A stretch of 64,000 nucleotides of DNA. Source: Candidatus Micrarchaeota archaeon. Its GTDB lineage: Archaea > Micrarchaeota > Micrarchaeia > Anstonellales > Anstonellaceae. The notes under the pieces are model-generated. The model was not told the origin of the DNA. It did no database searches and saw nothing but the letters and a program-made list of their open reading frames with translations. Below are positions 24,281 through 33,710 of this stretch, in pieces. The stretch lies in contig CAYMOY010000002.1 of assembly GCA_964392435.1 (NCBI GenBank), positions 247,261 to 311,260 of the forward strand, given 5' to 3'. The first letter of the stretch is position 1. Each line of letters begins with the position of its first letter. A program made the position numbers and the translations under genes.

Positions 24281-25429
24281 ATGTGGGGGGTGGAAAAATT
24301 CACCTTATGCGGCTTGTGCGCAAGCCGCTTCCCAAAAAACAGGGCGATTTCCCCTGCAAAAAGCTCGGATGCCTGCCATATCTGCGGCGGCGCGCTTTCG
24401 CAGATGGGCGCGCTCATATCATCCGTCCTTTCGCACTCATCCCTTTTCGAATGGGACTCGTTCGCAGTTTCCTCCTCATTCCCAAAAAAAGCCCTGGTCA
24501 GAGAGCAGCAAGTAGCCGATTTTTTCCAGCCGGGCGAGTTCACATCTATAAAAAATTCGGTCAATGCAAAGCTTTCCTCCAGCATTGTTCTTGCCACTGG
24601 GAAGAAAAACGACTCCAAGAGGCCGGATGCGCTGTTCGAGTTCGATTTTATCCATGGCAAGGCGGCCGCCAAGCCCTCAGACATATTCATCCACGGGCAC
24701 TACCTCAAACTATCCCGGAATTTCTGTCAAAGCCGCTGGCATTGTTCCAACTGCCGCGGGAAAGGCTGCGGCCGATGCCGGGGGAGCGGCATGAACTACC
24801 CTTCGGTTGAGGACGAGCTGGGGAAAGTTTTCTGCGCAGCTTTTGAGGCATCCGGGTGCACCCTCCATGCGAGCGGCAGGGAGGATGTAGACGTTCGTTC
24901 TATTGGCGGAGGAAGGCCTTTTGTGATGGCGCTTTGCTCTGCAAAAAAAAGAAAGGTGGCACTTGCCGGGCTGGAGAGGCAGCTTGCGCAAAATCCGCAT
25001 GTGCGCGCAATCGGTCTGCAACGCGTGGGGAAAGGTTTCGTAGACGCAGTGTGCAACTCCCATTTTGAAAAAGAATACTCCGCTGTTGTCAGGGCCGATC
25101 GCCCTCTTTGCCATCGGGATGCGGCTGCGGCAGAAACCCTCTCCGGGCGTCAGCTGCTGCAAAAAACCCCGAACAGGGTGCTTTCACGGCGGGCAGACCT
25201 CCAACGCAAACGCAAAATCATATCAATCTCAGCCGAGCAATGCGAAGGGGGCAAGCTGCGCCTGCGCATACTCGCCGAAGCAGGCACTTACATCAAGGAG
25301 TTTGTCTCATCGGACGGGGGGCGGACCGAGCCGAGCATTTCCTCTGTTCTTGGCTGCAAAGCAGAATGCGAAGAATTAGACGTGATTTTTATACACGACT
25401 ATTTTCTGCAGACAATCAGAATCGATTAA
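24281..25429 (+). CDS. pus10: tRNA pseudouridine(54/55) synthase Pus10
   Basis: N-terminal Zn-binding CxxC pairs (CGLC...CHIC; CSNC...CGRC). Catalytic region GREDVDVRSIGGGRPF. C-terminal YIKEFVSSDGGRTEPSISSVLG. Confidence 0.8.
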   Translation: MWGVEKFTLCGLCASRFPKNRAISPAKSSDACHICGGALSQMGALISSVLSHSSLFEWDSFAVSSSFPKKALVREQQVADFFQPGEFTSIKNSVNAKLSSSIVLATGKKNDSKRPDALFEFDFIHGKAAAKPSDIFIHGHYLKLSRNFCQSRWHCSNCRGKGCGRCRGSGMNYPSVEDELGKVFCAAFEASGCTLHASGREDVDVRSIGGGRPFVMALCSAKKRKVALAGLERQLAQNPHVRAIGLQRVGKGFVDAVCNSHFEKEYSAVVRADRPLCHRDAAAAETLSGRQLLQKTPNRVLSRRADLQRKRKIISISAEQCEGGKLRLRILAEAGTYIKEFVSSDGGRTEPSISSVLGCKAECEELDVIFIHDYFLQTIRID

Positions 25430-25454
25430 ATAGCTTGCAGTGGGGTTCTCCCTC

Positions 25455-26345
25455 ATGATAAATTTCCTTCCAATGCCGCCTGAGATTCCGGGCATGGGCG
25501 CACGCTTGCTTGTCGCCCTGTCGTTTACTGCGGCAGCCTCCTATTTCGACGTTTTCAATAAGAAATGGGTGCCAAACTACCTGGTTTATGGATTTCTCGC
25601 CGCTGCGCTGCTGCTAAACATCATATTTTACAGCCCAGATGCGACTTTGCAGGCTCTCGCAATCGGGGCGGCAACCTTCCTTCTTACCTATCCGCTCTAC
25701 AAGATGGGCCAGCTTGGCGGCGCCGACGTTTTTGTTCTCTCAGCAATAGCTGCAGCAATCCCCTATTTCTCATCCCCGTTTCTGGCGCCGCATCAAAACA
25801 TCCAATACCCGTTCATACTATCGGTTCTGGTCCCATCCAGCCTGTTTTTCATCCTGCACATGCTCTCCAGGTTCCTTCCCTATGCCGCGCGCTTGCTGCG
25901 CGAAGGCAGGCTGAAGCTGACTTGGGCTAAGCTCCTCGGCCCGCTTCTCCTGTTCGGGTCATTTTCACTTTTTGCCTATGTGGCAGGCACCTTGCCGGTT
26001 TCGCTGCCGCCACAGTACTTCGCCATAATGTCGTTCCTCCTGGTTTCACTGGTGTTCTTCTCATTTTTCAAAGATGAGATAAAGGACAGCATGGTGGAGC
26101 CGCTCGCCCCATCTGCGTTGCAAGAAGAGGATGTGCTGGCGCTTGAGAAAATGGACGGGCGCACAGTCAAGAGGCTAAATCTTGGGCCGCTTCTTTCCGC
26201 AAGAGATATAGCTGCCATAAAAAAAGCGAGGCTCAAATCAGTCCCTGTCTACACCGGCATGCCGTTTTTTCTGCCCTACCTGTTCTTGGGCCTGGTCTTC
26301 ACATTGCTTTTCGGGGACCTGCTCTACAGCCTGGCGCTGCTTTAG
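25455..26345 (+). CDS. A24-family aspartic peptidase (preflagellin/prepilin peptidase, FlaK/PibD-like)
   Basis: Polytopic membrane protein with the two catalytic Asp contexts: SYFDVFNKKW and GQLGGADVFVLSAIAAAIP (GGxDV motif). Start at the first ATG, 25455. Confidence 0.7.
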   Translation: MINFLPMPPEIPGMGARLLVALSFTAAASYFDVFNKKWVPNYLVYGFLAAALLLNIIFYSPDATLQALAIGAATFLLTYPLYKMGQLGGADVFVLSAIAAAIPYFSSPFLAPHQNIQYPFILSVLVPSSLFFILHMLSRFLPYAARLLREGRLKLTWAKLLGPLLLFGSFSLFAYVAGTLPVSLPPQYFAIMSFLLVSLVFFSFFKDEIKDSMVEPLAPSALQEEDVLALEKMDGRTVKRLNLGPLLSARDIAAIKKARLKSVPVYTGMPFFLPYLFLGLVFTLLFGDLLYSLALL

Positions 26346-28759
26346 AAAAAAGAGGATAGCCCTTTCTGCTCCCCCCGGAATTTCAGGTCATCCTCGGAAT
26401 AGCCAAGCTCCTTGAGTATTTTCAGGACAGAGGGCATAATCTGGTTGTCGATGTAGTAATTCGGGTCATAGTCGTGCGCAAGCTCTGCCAAGCACGCCTT
26501 TTCGGAAATGGTGCCGCCCTTTTTGGTGATGACATAGCCTATCATGCTGCCCTTCTCAATCTGCATGCCTGCCGCAATGCCCTTCTGCGCGGCTGAAAGC
26601 TCGGGGGACTTTATGTCGTATTTCCTGGGGTCCTTGCGCATCTGCGTGTATATCGTCAGCTCCTCAAGTGGAACCTTCCCCGCCTTGAGCCTCTCAATGA
26701 CATCCTTGACAACCTTGACTGCCATCTCCTTGCTGCCGTGCTTGAGTATCGCCTCCAGCACACGCCGCTGCGTGGTCTTCGCGATGCTCGACCAGTCCCG
26801 GCGCACCAGCTCGAAGCCGCGTATCTTTATTCGCCCGTCCTCTCCAATAAGGGCGTATTTTTTCTTGGCGCCTTTCTCCTGCCCGGCCACCTTTTTTGTG
26901 ACAAAAACCCCGCGCGGGTAGAACCCTTCAAGCTCAAGCTCCATGCCCTCTGGAAGCTCGCTGTTGATTTTCTTCATGAATGACATGGCGTTCTCCCGGC
27001 TCTTCTTCCCCACAAGTAGGAATATACTGTCGGTGTCCCCGTACAGAACCTCAAATCCGTTCCTCTCAGCCTTCTCGATTGTGTCCTGTATGAAGTGCCT
27101 GCCCCAGGCGGTCACCGATTCCCCGCATTCGCGCGAATACCAGCGCGAGCGCGGGTACGCCAAATACCCATAATACGAATTCGCAAGTATCTTCAGCGAC
27201 TGCACGCGCGCAAAGAGCATCTCGTATTCAACAGTGTCCTTCTCCACTTTCTTGAGCCTGGTTTTCATTTCCCCTCTCATGGCGATTAGCTCCTGGAGCA
27301 CTGTGGGTATGAGGCCTCGGGGCTTTTTGAGGAACCGGCTTTTGCTGGGTGAAATGTGGCAATCCGAGTCTGGCACGGTATCTGGGGGGTTGAGGGTGAA
27401 CGGGTCGATGTTGTGCGCGGTGATTATCGAGGGGTACAGCCCCCTAAAGTCAAACACCACCATGTTTTCGTAAATGCCGGGCTGGGGAAGCTTCACAAAA
27501 GCCCCCTTTATGGGCCCCAACTCCCTTTCCTGGGCCAACGCATCATCCGGCTTGTTCGGTATTATCGCATTGTGCTCGAAGCTTTTGTGCATGAGGAGCG
27601 ATTCCACCAGCTGACCCGCAGTTGCGTTTGAAACATCGAAAAGCGGCATGCGGGTGAGCCGCCCCATCTCTATCTCCAGCGGCAGCAGTATCTTGCCAAT
27701 CTCCATCGTTGCCTGCGCGTCAAACCTCGAATAATCGGCAAGCTGGCCTGCCAGAGCCGCGTCATCCCACATCTTCCAAATGTCGAGCTTCTGCACCATC
27801 AGCTTCTTTTTCCCAGTCAATTCCTCATAGGCGTTCTCAAGCGTGTATTTGCTGATCTTGAACGCCCCGATGAACCCCATGAAGCGAACCAGTGGGTAGA
27901 GGTCGACGTGTATCCTGCCTGTGATTTCCGCAACGTCGCGTATTCCCTGCCGCCTTACCCTAAACGCGCTCCCATCCCTCCCAATTGAAAAATCCAGCCC
28001 GTTGGCGTCAGCCCTGGCTTTCAAATACGGGAGGTCGAACATAGTGCTGTTGTAGCCAAGCAGCACCTCGATATCGTTCTCCTCTATCACGTCTAGGAAT
28101 TTTCTTATCATTGCCCGCTCGTCCTTGCAGACGATTGCGAAATCCCGCCCCACGTCCTTGCTGGTGATGATTTTCCGCTCCCCGTTTTCGCCAAGCTCAT
28201 AGCTTATCATGATGATTTCATCCCTGTCCGGTCTTGGCATCCCGCTCGGGTTATAGGTTTCAATGTCGAAGGACAGCGTCCGAAGAGAAAATTTCGTCTC
28301 GCGTTTGCCAATTATTTTCCTGATGAATTTCCCTTCCCTCTCATATGATATGGTGGTGAATGGCGAAAGCCCCCTGTCGATAAGGTAGCGCCTGCCAAAC
28401 GGTATCCCGTTCTCATAGGCGGCGTATTTTCCAATTGCCTTGCTTATGTGCGGCACGTCATAGGGGCGCTCGCAAAAAACCTTCCAAAGCTCGCTCTTTT
28501 TGCCAAGAACACCCATCTTTACCCGCTCAAGGCGCGTTGGGGCGACCATCCTGTCCCTGCCCTGCGCCTGTGTCCCCAGTATTTCCTTTTCCGCACTTTT
28601 TGGCGCATCCAGGTAAAAATAAGGCTCGTAATAGTCATACAGCCGGAGAAAGCGCTTTCCCTTCAAAAGCAGGCGTACCGCTGTCTTGCCGCCAATTATC
28701 TTGTAATCCACGTCGATAAGCAGCGCTCGCCGTTTCACCAATCCGGTGGGTTTTGCCAT
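26342..28759 (-). CDS. polB: DNA polymerase family B
   Basis: Exonuclease motif FDIETYN; Pol motifs KILANSYYGYLAY and LYGDTDSIFLL; 805 aa; no intein. Confidence 0.95.
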   Translation of the reverse strand: MAKPTGLVKRRALLIDVDYKIIGGKTAVRLLLKGKRFLRLYDYYEPYFYLDAPKSAEKEILGTQAQGRDRMVAPTRLERVKMGVLGKKSELWKVFCERPYDVPHISKAIGKYAAYENGIPFGRRYLIDRGLSPFTTISYEREGKFIRKIIGKRETKFSLRTLSFDIETYNPSGMPRPDRDEIIMISYELGENGERKIITSKDVGRDFAIVCKDERAMIRKFLDVIEENDIEVLLGYNSTMFDLPYLKARADANGLDFSIGRDGSAFRVRRQGIRDVAEITGRIHVDLYPLVRFMGFIGAFKISKYTLENAYEELTGKKKLMVQKLDIWKMWDDAALAGQLADYSRFDAQATMEIGKILLPLEIEMGRLTRMPLFDVSNATAGQLVESLLMHKSFEHNAIIPNKPDDALAQERELGPIKGAFVKLPQPGIYENMVVFDFRGLYPSIITAHNIDPFTLNPPDTVPDSDCHISPSKSRFLKKPRGLIPTVLQELIAMRGEMKTRLKKVEKDTVEYEMLFARVQSLKILANSYYGYLAYPRSRWYSRECGESVTAWGRHFIQDTIEKAERNGFEVLYGDTDSIFLLVGKKSRENAMSFMKKINSELPEGMELELEGFYPRGVFVTKKVAGQEKGAKKKYALIGEDGRIKIRGFELVRRDWSSIAKTTQRRVLEAILKHGSKEMAVKVVKDVIERLKAGKVPLEELTIYTQMRKDPRKYDIKSPELSAAQKGIAAGMQIEKGSMIGYVITKKGGTISEKACLAELAHDYDPNYYIDNQIMPSVLKILKELGYSEDDLKFRGEQKGLSSFF

Positions 28760-28790
28760 GTTTTCACTGGTTTTACTTTGCAGTAAGGAT

Positions 28791-28800
28791 TAATTAATTA
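28791..28800. promoter_or_regulatory. Palindromic TATA (taattaatta) between divergent polB and gap
   Basis: Centre about 28795. polB ATG 28759 and gap ATG 28840 each lie a short leader away. A GGGGGGG Shine-Dalgarno sequence lies upstream of the gap ATG. Confidence 0.35.
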
Positions 28801-28839
28801 GCCTCGGATTATTGGTAGTTTTCATTTGGGGGGGTCTAT

Positions 28840-29892
28840 ATGGCTTTGAAAGTGGCAGTGAACGGATTCGGCAGGATTGGCAAGCTGGTTGTCCGCGCGG
28901 CATTCGAGCGCAATTTCGTGGGGAAGAAGTTCGACATAGTGGCGATAAACGACACCCACGACCCAAAATTGTCCGCCCACCTCTTCAAGTACGATTCGAC
29001 ACAGGGCAGGTTTTCAGGAACAGTGAAAGGCGAACAGTTCGCGCAGGGCGCAACTGGCGGGAAAGTCGCAGGGCAGGTCGGCAAGCTCACAGTAAACGAC
29101 CATGAAATGGCGGTAGTTTCCTCGCGCGACCCTGCAGCTCTTAACTGGGGCGCGATGGGGGTGGACCTGGTCCTCGAATGCACAGGCGCGTTCACCGACC
29201 GCGCAGGCTCCTCAAAGCACCTGCAGGCCGGGGCTAAAAAAGTGCTGATATCCGCCCCCTGCAAGGGAGGCGAGGCTGACGCCACCATAATCCTCGGTGT
29301 CAACGATGAGAAATACGACAAGCAAAAGCACAGCATTGTCTCAATCGGCTCTTGCACCACAAACTGCCTTGCCCCTGTTGCAAAGGCGGTGGATGACGCT
29401 TTCGGGATAGAATCAGGCTTCATGACCACCTGCCATGCCTATACCAATGATCAGCTCATACTGGATGCAAACCATAAGGACTTCCGGCGAGCCCGCGCAG
29501 GCGCTGTGAACATCATCCCGACATCCACAGGTGCGGCAAAAGCCATCGGAGAGGTGATCCCCAAGCTCAAGGGTAAAATGGACGGGCTGGCGCTGCGCGT
29601 CCCGATTCCGGTAGGCTCGATAAACGACCTGACCTGCCTGCTTTCCAAGGAGGCAAAGGCAGAGGAGCTGAATGCGGCAGTGAAAAAGGCAGCCGAGGGA
29701 AGGATGAAGGGCATCCTCGAATACACTGAGGACCCGATAGTCTCGCAGGACATCGTGCACAATAGTGCAAGCTCGATATTCGACTCGCTTTCCACCAAGG
29801 CAATCGGCAGGACGGCAAAGCTCATGTCTTGGTATGACAACGAATGGGGCTTTAGCAACCGCATGGTGGAGATGGCGACAAGGATGTTTTAG
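28840..29892 (+). CDS. gap: Glyceraldehyde-3-phosphate dehydrogenase, type I (bacterial/eukaryotic-like)
   Basis: NGFGRIGKLVVRAAFE Rossmann N-terminus; active-site SCTTNCLAP; 350 aa. Confidence 0.9.
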   Translation: MALKVAVNGFGRIGKLVVRAAFERNFVGKKFDIVAINDTHDPKLSAHLFKYDSTQGRFSGTVKGEQFAQGATGGKVAGQVGKLTVNDHEMAVVSSRDPAALNWGAMGVDLVLECTGAFTDRAGSSKHLQAGAKKVLISAPCKGGEADATIILGVNDEKYDKQKHSIVSIGSCTTNCLAPVAKAVDDAFGIESGFMTTCHAYTNDQLILDANHKDFRRARAGAVNIIPTSTGAAKAIGEVIPKLKGKMDGLALRVPIPVGSINDLTCLLSKEAKAEELNAAVKKAAEGRMKGILEYTEDPIVSQDIVHNSASSIFDSLSTKAIGRTAKLMSWYDNEWGFSNRMVEMATRMF

Positions 29893-30316
29893 GGCAAAAG
29901 CCGCCCGCAAAAGCCTTGGCAGCATAAAGCCCAGGGCGCGAACCATAGGTGGAAATTTGGACGTTCCCAAGGCATTTGGCGGCAGGTTGATACTGTTATT
30001 GCCCATAGCATTCTGCATATTCCTGCTTCTTGCAAGCGAAGACAGGATGGTCCGCCTGTTCGCGGTAATCATCCTCCTGGTGTTGGCGCAGGTGAGGGAA
30101 TGGCTCTTGCTTCAAAGCGTGGGATTGGCTAAAAAGTAGCGCATTTCGCAAGAATAATAAACGTTGGGGGGGGTAAAACAGCGCAGGAAAACTGGAGCCT
30201 GGGCTAATGGTTTAAGAAAAGTAGGCCTGCGCTTCATGCGCAGGCAAGGCGACCAGTTTTCTGTCATAGACAGAATAAAAGACGGGCATTTCCTCTGAGA
30301 TATTTTACGGGAGCCC

Positions 30317-30328
30317 GATATATAAAGG
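30317..30328 (+). promoter_or_regulatory. Consensus-like TATA (gatatataaagg) upstream of the coiled-coil gene
   Basis: About 50 nt upstream of TTG 30372. AGGT Shine-Dalgarno-like 7 nt upstream of the start. Confidence 0.45.
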
Positions 30329-30371
30329 TTTCTATACAAACAGACACCAAAGACAACAACAGGTAATTATC

Positions 30372-31178
30372 TTGGAAGACTCCAAAAAAACAAAGGCTTC
30401 CGCCCTGGCCAGTCTGCCGGACGGCCTCCGCGATATAGCTGAGCTTCCTTCTGCCCAGCCTGAGGGGCAAAAATCTCTCCCGCCTATTCAGGAAGAACAC
30501 CACGCCATCCCGCTTCCTCCTTCTGAAAAACACGAGCAGCGCCCTGAGCGGCCAAAAACACAAAAAGAGGAGGAGCTTGACGAGCTGATTGTTTCACGCC
30601 AGGCGGTAATCGACAAGCTGAAGGCGAAAAACCCCGAAGTCGGGCAATGCCGCAGCCGCATAGCGGCGATTCTTCCCTCTCTTTCGGGCAAGGGCGCCAG
30701 CCACACCATGAAATTGGTGGAAGAGGTCGAAAAGCTCGAGTTTTCAATCTCCACAGAGGCTTATACTCCTCAAAAGGAAAAAGACATGATAAAGCGCATA
30801 AGGCTTCTCAACTCCGAAATCTCCAAGCACAAGGAAATCGACTCCGCGCGCAAGGAAATAGATGCCCAGCGCTCCAAGCTGCGCTCGCTCATTTCTGAGA
30901 TAAAGGGATTGGAGGGCGAGCTTGCCCAGGCGCGCAAGGCATGCGATGCAAAATACGCAGAAGTGCTTGCCGAGCGCAAGGCAGCCTACGAGCAGAGGCA
31001 ACACCGCAGGGAAGAGCGCAAGGAAAGGAATTTCAATGAGCTGCGGCAGAGGGTCCGCAATGAGCGTAAAAAAGAATATGATGATGACATGGCAAAATAC
31101 ATGAAGGATTACGACGACACCGTCTCAATGGATGAAATAGTCATAATAGAAAAAAAGGAAAAGAAAACGGAAAAATAG
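30372..31178 (+). CDS. Coiled-coil protein (archaeal COG1340-like), hypothetical
   Basis: 268 aa, highly charged heptad-like sequence (KEIDAQRSKLRSLISEIKGLEGELAQARKACDAKYAEVLAERKAAYEQ...). TTG start as in the ORF track. Confidence 0.4.
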   Translation: MEDSKKTKASALASLPDGLRDIAELPSAQPEGQKSLPPIQEEHHAIPLPPSEKHEQRPERPKTQKEEELDELIVSRQAVIDKLKAKNPEVGQCRSRIAAILPSLSGKGASHTMKLVEEVEKLEFSISTEAYTPQKEKDMIKRIRLLNSEISKHKEIDSARKEIDAQRSKLRSLISEIKGLEGELAQARKACDAKYAEVLAERKAAYEQRQHRREERKERNFNELRQRVRNERKKEYDDDMAKYMKDYDDTVSMDEIVIIEKKEKKTEK

Positions 31179-31231
31179 CTCTTGTTCCTGCCGCATCGGC
31201 AATTTTTGGAAAGCAACATCCCTTGGAAGCA

Positions 31232-32296
31232 TCACCAATGGCCGGTCATCCCCATCTTTGCAATCTCCAACCCGCAGAAAAGAGATTCAACCGCCCCATA
31301 AAAGGGAAAATTTTCAGGGGCGGCATTGGAAATATCCACAATGTCCCCGCTTTGGTATTTTGCCATCACTTTCTCTACCAGCCAGTCTCCAAGCATTGAA
31401 GATGCAAACCTGCGGGCAAAATCCTTGCGGAGGTGGGGCATCAGCTCGCTTCTCCAAGCGCGGTCGTAATCCCCCCCGCCCAAAATACAGCCTGCTGCAA
31501 GCTTTCCGCTCCTAAGGGCATAAGCTATGCCAAAGCCCATGAACGGGTCCTGGAAGCCTGCCGCCTCCCCAACGAGATATTTCCCCCCCAGCTTTGCGCT
31601 TGCTGGAATCCTCGCCCAGCCAGAGCCCCCAAAAGAGGCAATCCTGCGCTTGCCGCCCAAAAAATTTTGCAGCATCTTCCTTTCAGAGACCGCTTTTTCA
31701 TACAAGCTTGAAAGTTTTGGAACATGGGGCTGCGAAACGCAGTTGACAAATTCAATCAAGTCTTTGGAAATGGGGAAAATGTAGCTGTACCACCCAAAAG
31801 GCGAATACTGGTCGTCGAATATCGCCATGTATGAATCGCGCGGGAAGTCGGTGTCCTCGTATACCCCCCCCATTGCGGCAAAATCGCAGCCCCTGCCACC
31901 GGTGGCTATCACGTCCGCCTCGCCCTGCGGAATCTTGGAGTTGAAATGGAACCGGACGCCTTCCTCTTCCGCCTGGCGGAAAAGACCGTACTCGAGCGAG
32001 TTTTTGCCCCCGCGCTCCACAAAAGCAATCCTGCTTCTGGAAACATCCAGTTCCAAGTCCCGCTTGCGTGTGCCAAAAAAAACCCGTTTGAAATAGCGAT
32101 ATCCAACTCTAGGGCGCAGGCCCAGGCTTTCCATGAATGGTTCGGGCTGCCCAACATACTTGAGCCCTTGAAGATTGGGGTGGAAGCGCATGCCCACATC
32201 GGGCTTGCTCTCGAAAACCTCCACGCGCTGCCCGCCTTTGGCGAGGTTTATCGCGGTGCAAAGCCCTGCAGGGCCGGCGCCAAGTATCCTCACCAT
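31232..32296 (-). CDS. FAD-dependent oxidoreductase, geranylgeranyl reductase family (short paralog)
   Basis: MVRILGAGPAGLCTAINLAKGGQRVEVFE is a GxGxxG FAD-binding N-terminus; 354 aa. Confidence 0.6.
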   Translation of the reverse strand: MVRILGAGPAGLCTAINLAKGGQRVEVFESKPDVGMRFHPNLQGLKYVGQPEPFMESLGLRPRVGYRYFKRVFFGTRKRDLELDVSRSRIAFVERGGKNSLEYGLFRQAEEEGVRFHFNSKIPQGEADVIATGGRGCDFAAMGGVYEDTDFPRDSYMAIFDDQYSPFGWYSYIFPISKDLIEFVNCVSQPHVPKLSSLYEKAVSERKMLQNFLGGKRRIASFGGSGWARIPASAKLGGKYLVGEAAGFQDPFMGFGIAYALRSGKLAAGCILGGGDYDRAWRSELMPHLRKDFARRFASSMLGDWLVEKVMAKYQSGDIVDISNAAPENFPFYGAVESLFCGLEIAKMGMTGHW

Positions 32297-32357
32297 AAAA
32301 TCTGCCCGTCCTCCTTTTCCTAGAAAGCCAGATTTCCCCCGCGTGCCATCGGTTTAC

Positions 32358-33584
32358 TTAAGCAAACAGTAGCTTCAGGTAGAAAAGAGGGGAAGCATAT
32401 TCCTGTTTTGCCTGCTCGTTGGAAAATGTCCCAGCTATAGCTTCTCTCGCCCTTTCGCTCTTAGCAGCCTTGTTCACCACAAAATTCAGCAGCCACTCAT
32501 TCCTACCAAGTTTCTGCATGGTGTAGCTCATGTTAAGCTCGTTCCAAACTGCCGCCCAAAGCTTCTCGTCATATCTTGCAAGCGCAGATGCCGAAGTGTC
32601 GCCTGCAGCAAGAGCTTCGTCAGCGCATTGGGCCGCGATCTTGCCTGAGGTCATGGCGTTTCCAATCCCCTCTCCTGAGAAAGGATCAACCAATCCGGCG
32701 GCATCCCCGACCAGCAGCACGTTGTCGGCACTGACCTTCCTTTTCTTGGAGCCAAACGGGAGGGACCACGCCCCTATAGGGGAGACCAGCTTGGCTGAGG
32801 CAAACCTCTCCTTGAAAAGAGGGCTTTGCGCAATCGCGTCCAGCATTGCCTGCTGCAGGTTGACATTGCCCCTTTTCATATCGCTCATTACCATCCCAAC
32901 CCCGACATTGGCAAGACCGTTTTCAAGAGGGAATATCCAAAAATAGCCAGGCATCATGGATTTCACAAAATGTATCTCCAGCGAGCCGCTCATGCCGGTT
33001 ATTCCAGAGTAATAGGCGCGGTAGGCAACGCAAGTGTGGTCCGGGTCAATCTCATTTCCCCTTGCCTCGCGAGCAATCAGGGAAGAAACGCCATCCGCGC
33101 CGATAATCAGCTTCCCGCGGAATTCGAATTCCTTTCCTTCCTTGTTTTTTGCCCTCACCCCAACAATTCTCCCCCCTTCCCTCACCACCGCGGTGACCAG
33201 GGTCCCCTCATACGCATCACAGGTTTTCTTGGCATTCTGCCAAAGCATGTTGTCGTACACCATTCTTCTGCAAACATAGCCCTTGGCAATCTGGCCGTCG
33301 CTGCCCCTGAAAGGTATGGTGACCACGGTGCTGTTTGGCGAGGAAAAGGTAAGCCCTGTCACTTCTCCGTGGTCTGCTTTTTCAACGGCATCTGTCATTC
33401 CAAGCTCGCGCAGAATGCCCACCGATTTTCCAGATATCGCATCCCCGCAGGTCTTGTCCCGGGGCCATCTCTCCTTTTCCAACAAAAGCACCTTGCGCCC
33501 CTTCTTGGACAGGAATGCCGCAGCGGTGGCGCCCCCTGGCCCCCCACCAACAACAACCGCATCGTAAAGTATTTCCTCGCTCAT
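32358..33584 (-). CDS. Geranylgeranyl reductase (digeranylgeranylglycerophospholipid reductase family)
   Basis: YDAVVVGGGPGGATAAAFLSKKGRKVLLLEK...RDKTCGDAIS; 408 aa. TATA ggtataaagg (33602-33614) about 26 nt upstream (leaderless). Confidence 0.7.
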   Translation of the reverse strand: MSEEILYDAVVVGGGPGGATAAAFLSKKGRKVLLLEKERWPRDKTCGDAISGKSVGILRELGMTDAVEKADHGEVTGLTFSSPNSTVVTIPFRGSDGQIAKGYVCRRMVYDNMLWQNAKKTCDAYEGTLVTAVVREGGRIVGVRAKNKEGKEFEFRGKLIIGADGVSSLIAREARGNEIDPDHTCVAYRAYYSGITGMSGSLEIHFVKSMMPGYFWIFPLENGLANVGVGMVMSDMKRGNVNLQQAMLDAIAQSPLFKERFASAKLVSPIGAWSLPFGSKKRKVSADNVLLVGDAAGLVDPFSGEGIGNAMTSGKIAAQCADEALAAGDTSASALARYDEKLWAAVWNELNMSYTMQKLGRNEWLLNFVVNKAAKSERAREAIAGTFSNEQAKQEYASPLFYLKLLFA

Positions 33585-33710
33585 AATGACACCCTCTGAT
33601 TCTGGTATAAAGGCTCTTTCTAGGCGCTAAAGGATAAAAAACCCCCCGCGACCTTTTTTCTGCAACCCAATGCGATAAAAACCCATCCTTCATGTTATCA
33701 AGCGAACGAA

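Noticed and set aside
24277-24690. 137-aa minus-strand ORF overlapping the pus10 start region
   Set aside because: It is antisense to the Pus10 zinc-finger region, which has clear CxxC motifs in the plus frame.
29413-30072. 219-aa minus-strand ORF
   Set aside because: It is antisense to the 3' half of gap. The translation is low-complexity.
29957-30139. Possible 30-60-aa single-TM mini-protein (…MVRLFAVIILLVLAQVREWLLLQSVGLAKK) downstream of gap
   Set aside because: There is no convincing promoter or start codon context (TTG 29957 or ATG 30047). It is too short to assess. It is mentioned only as a possibility.
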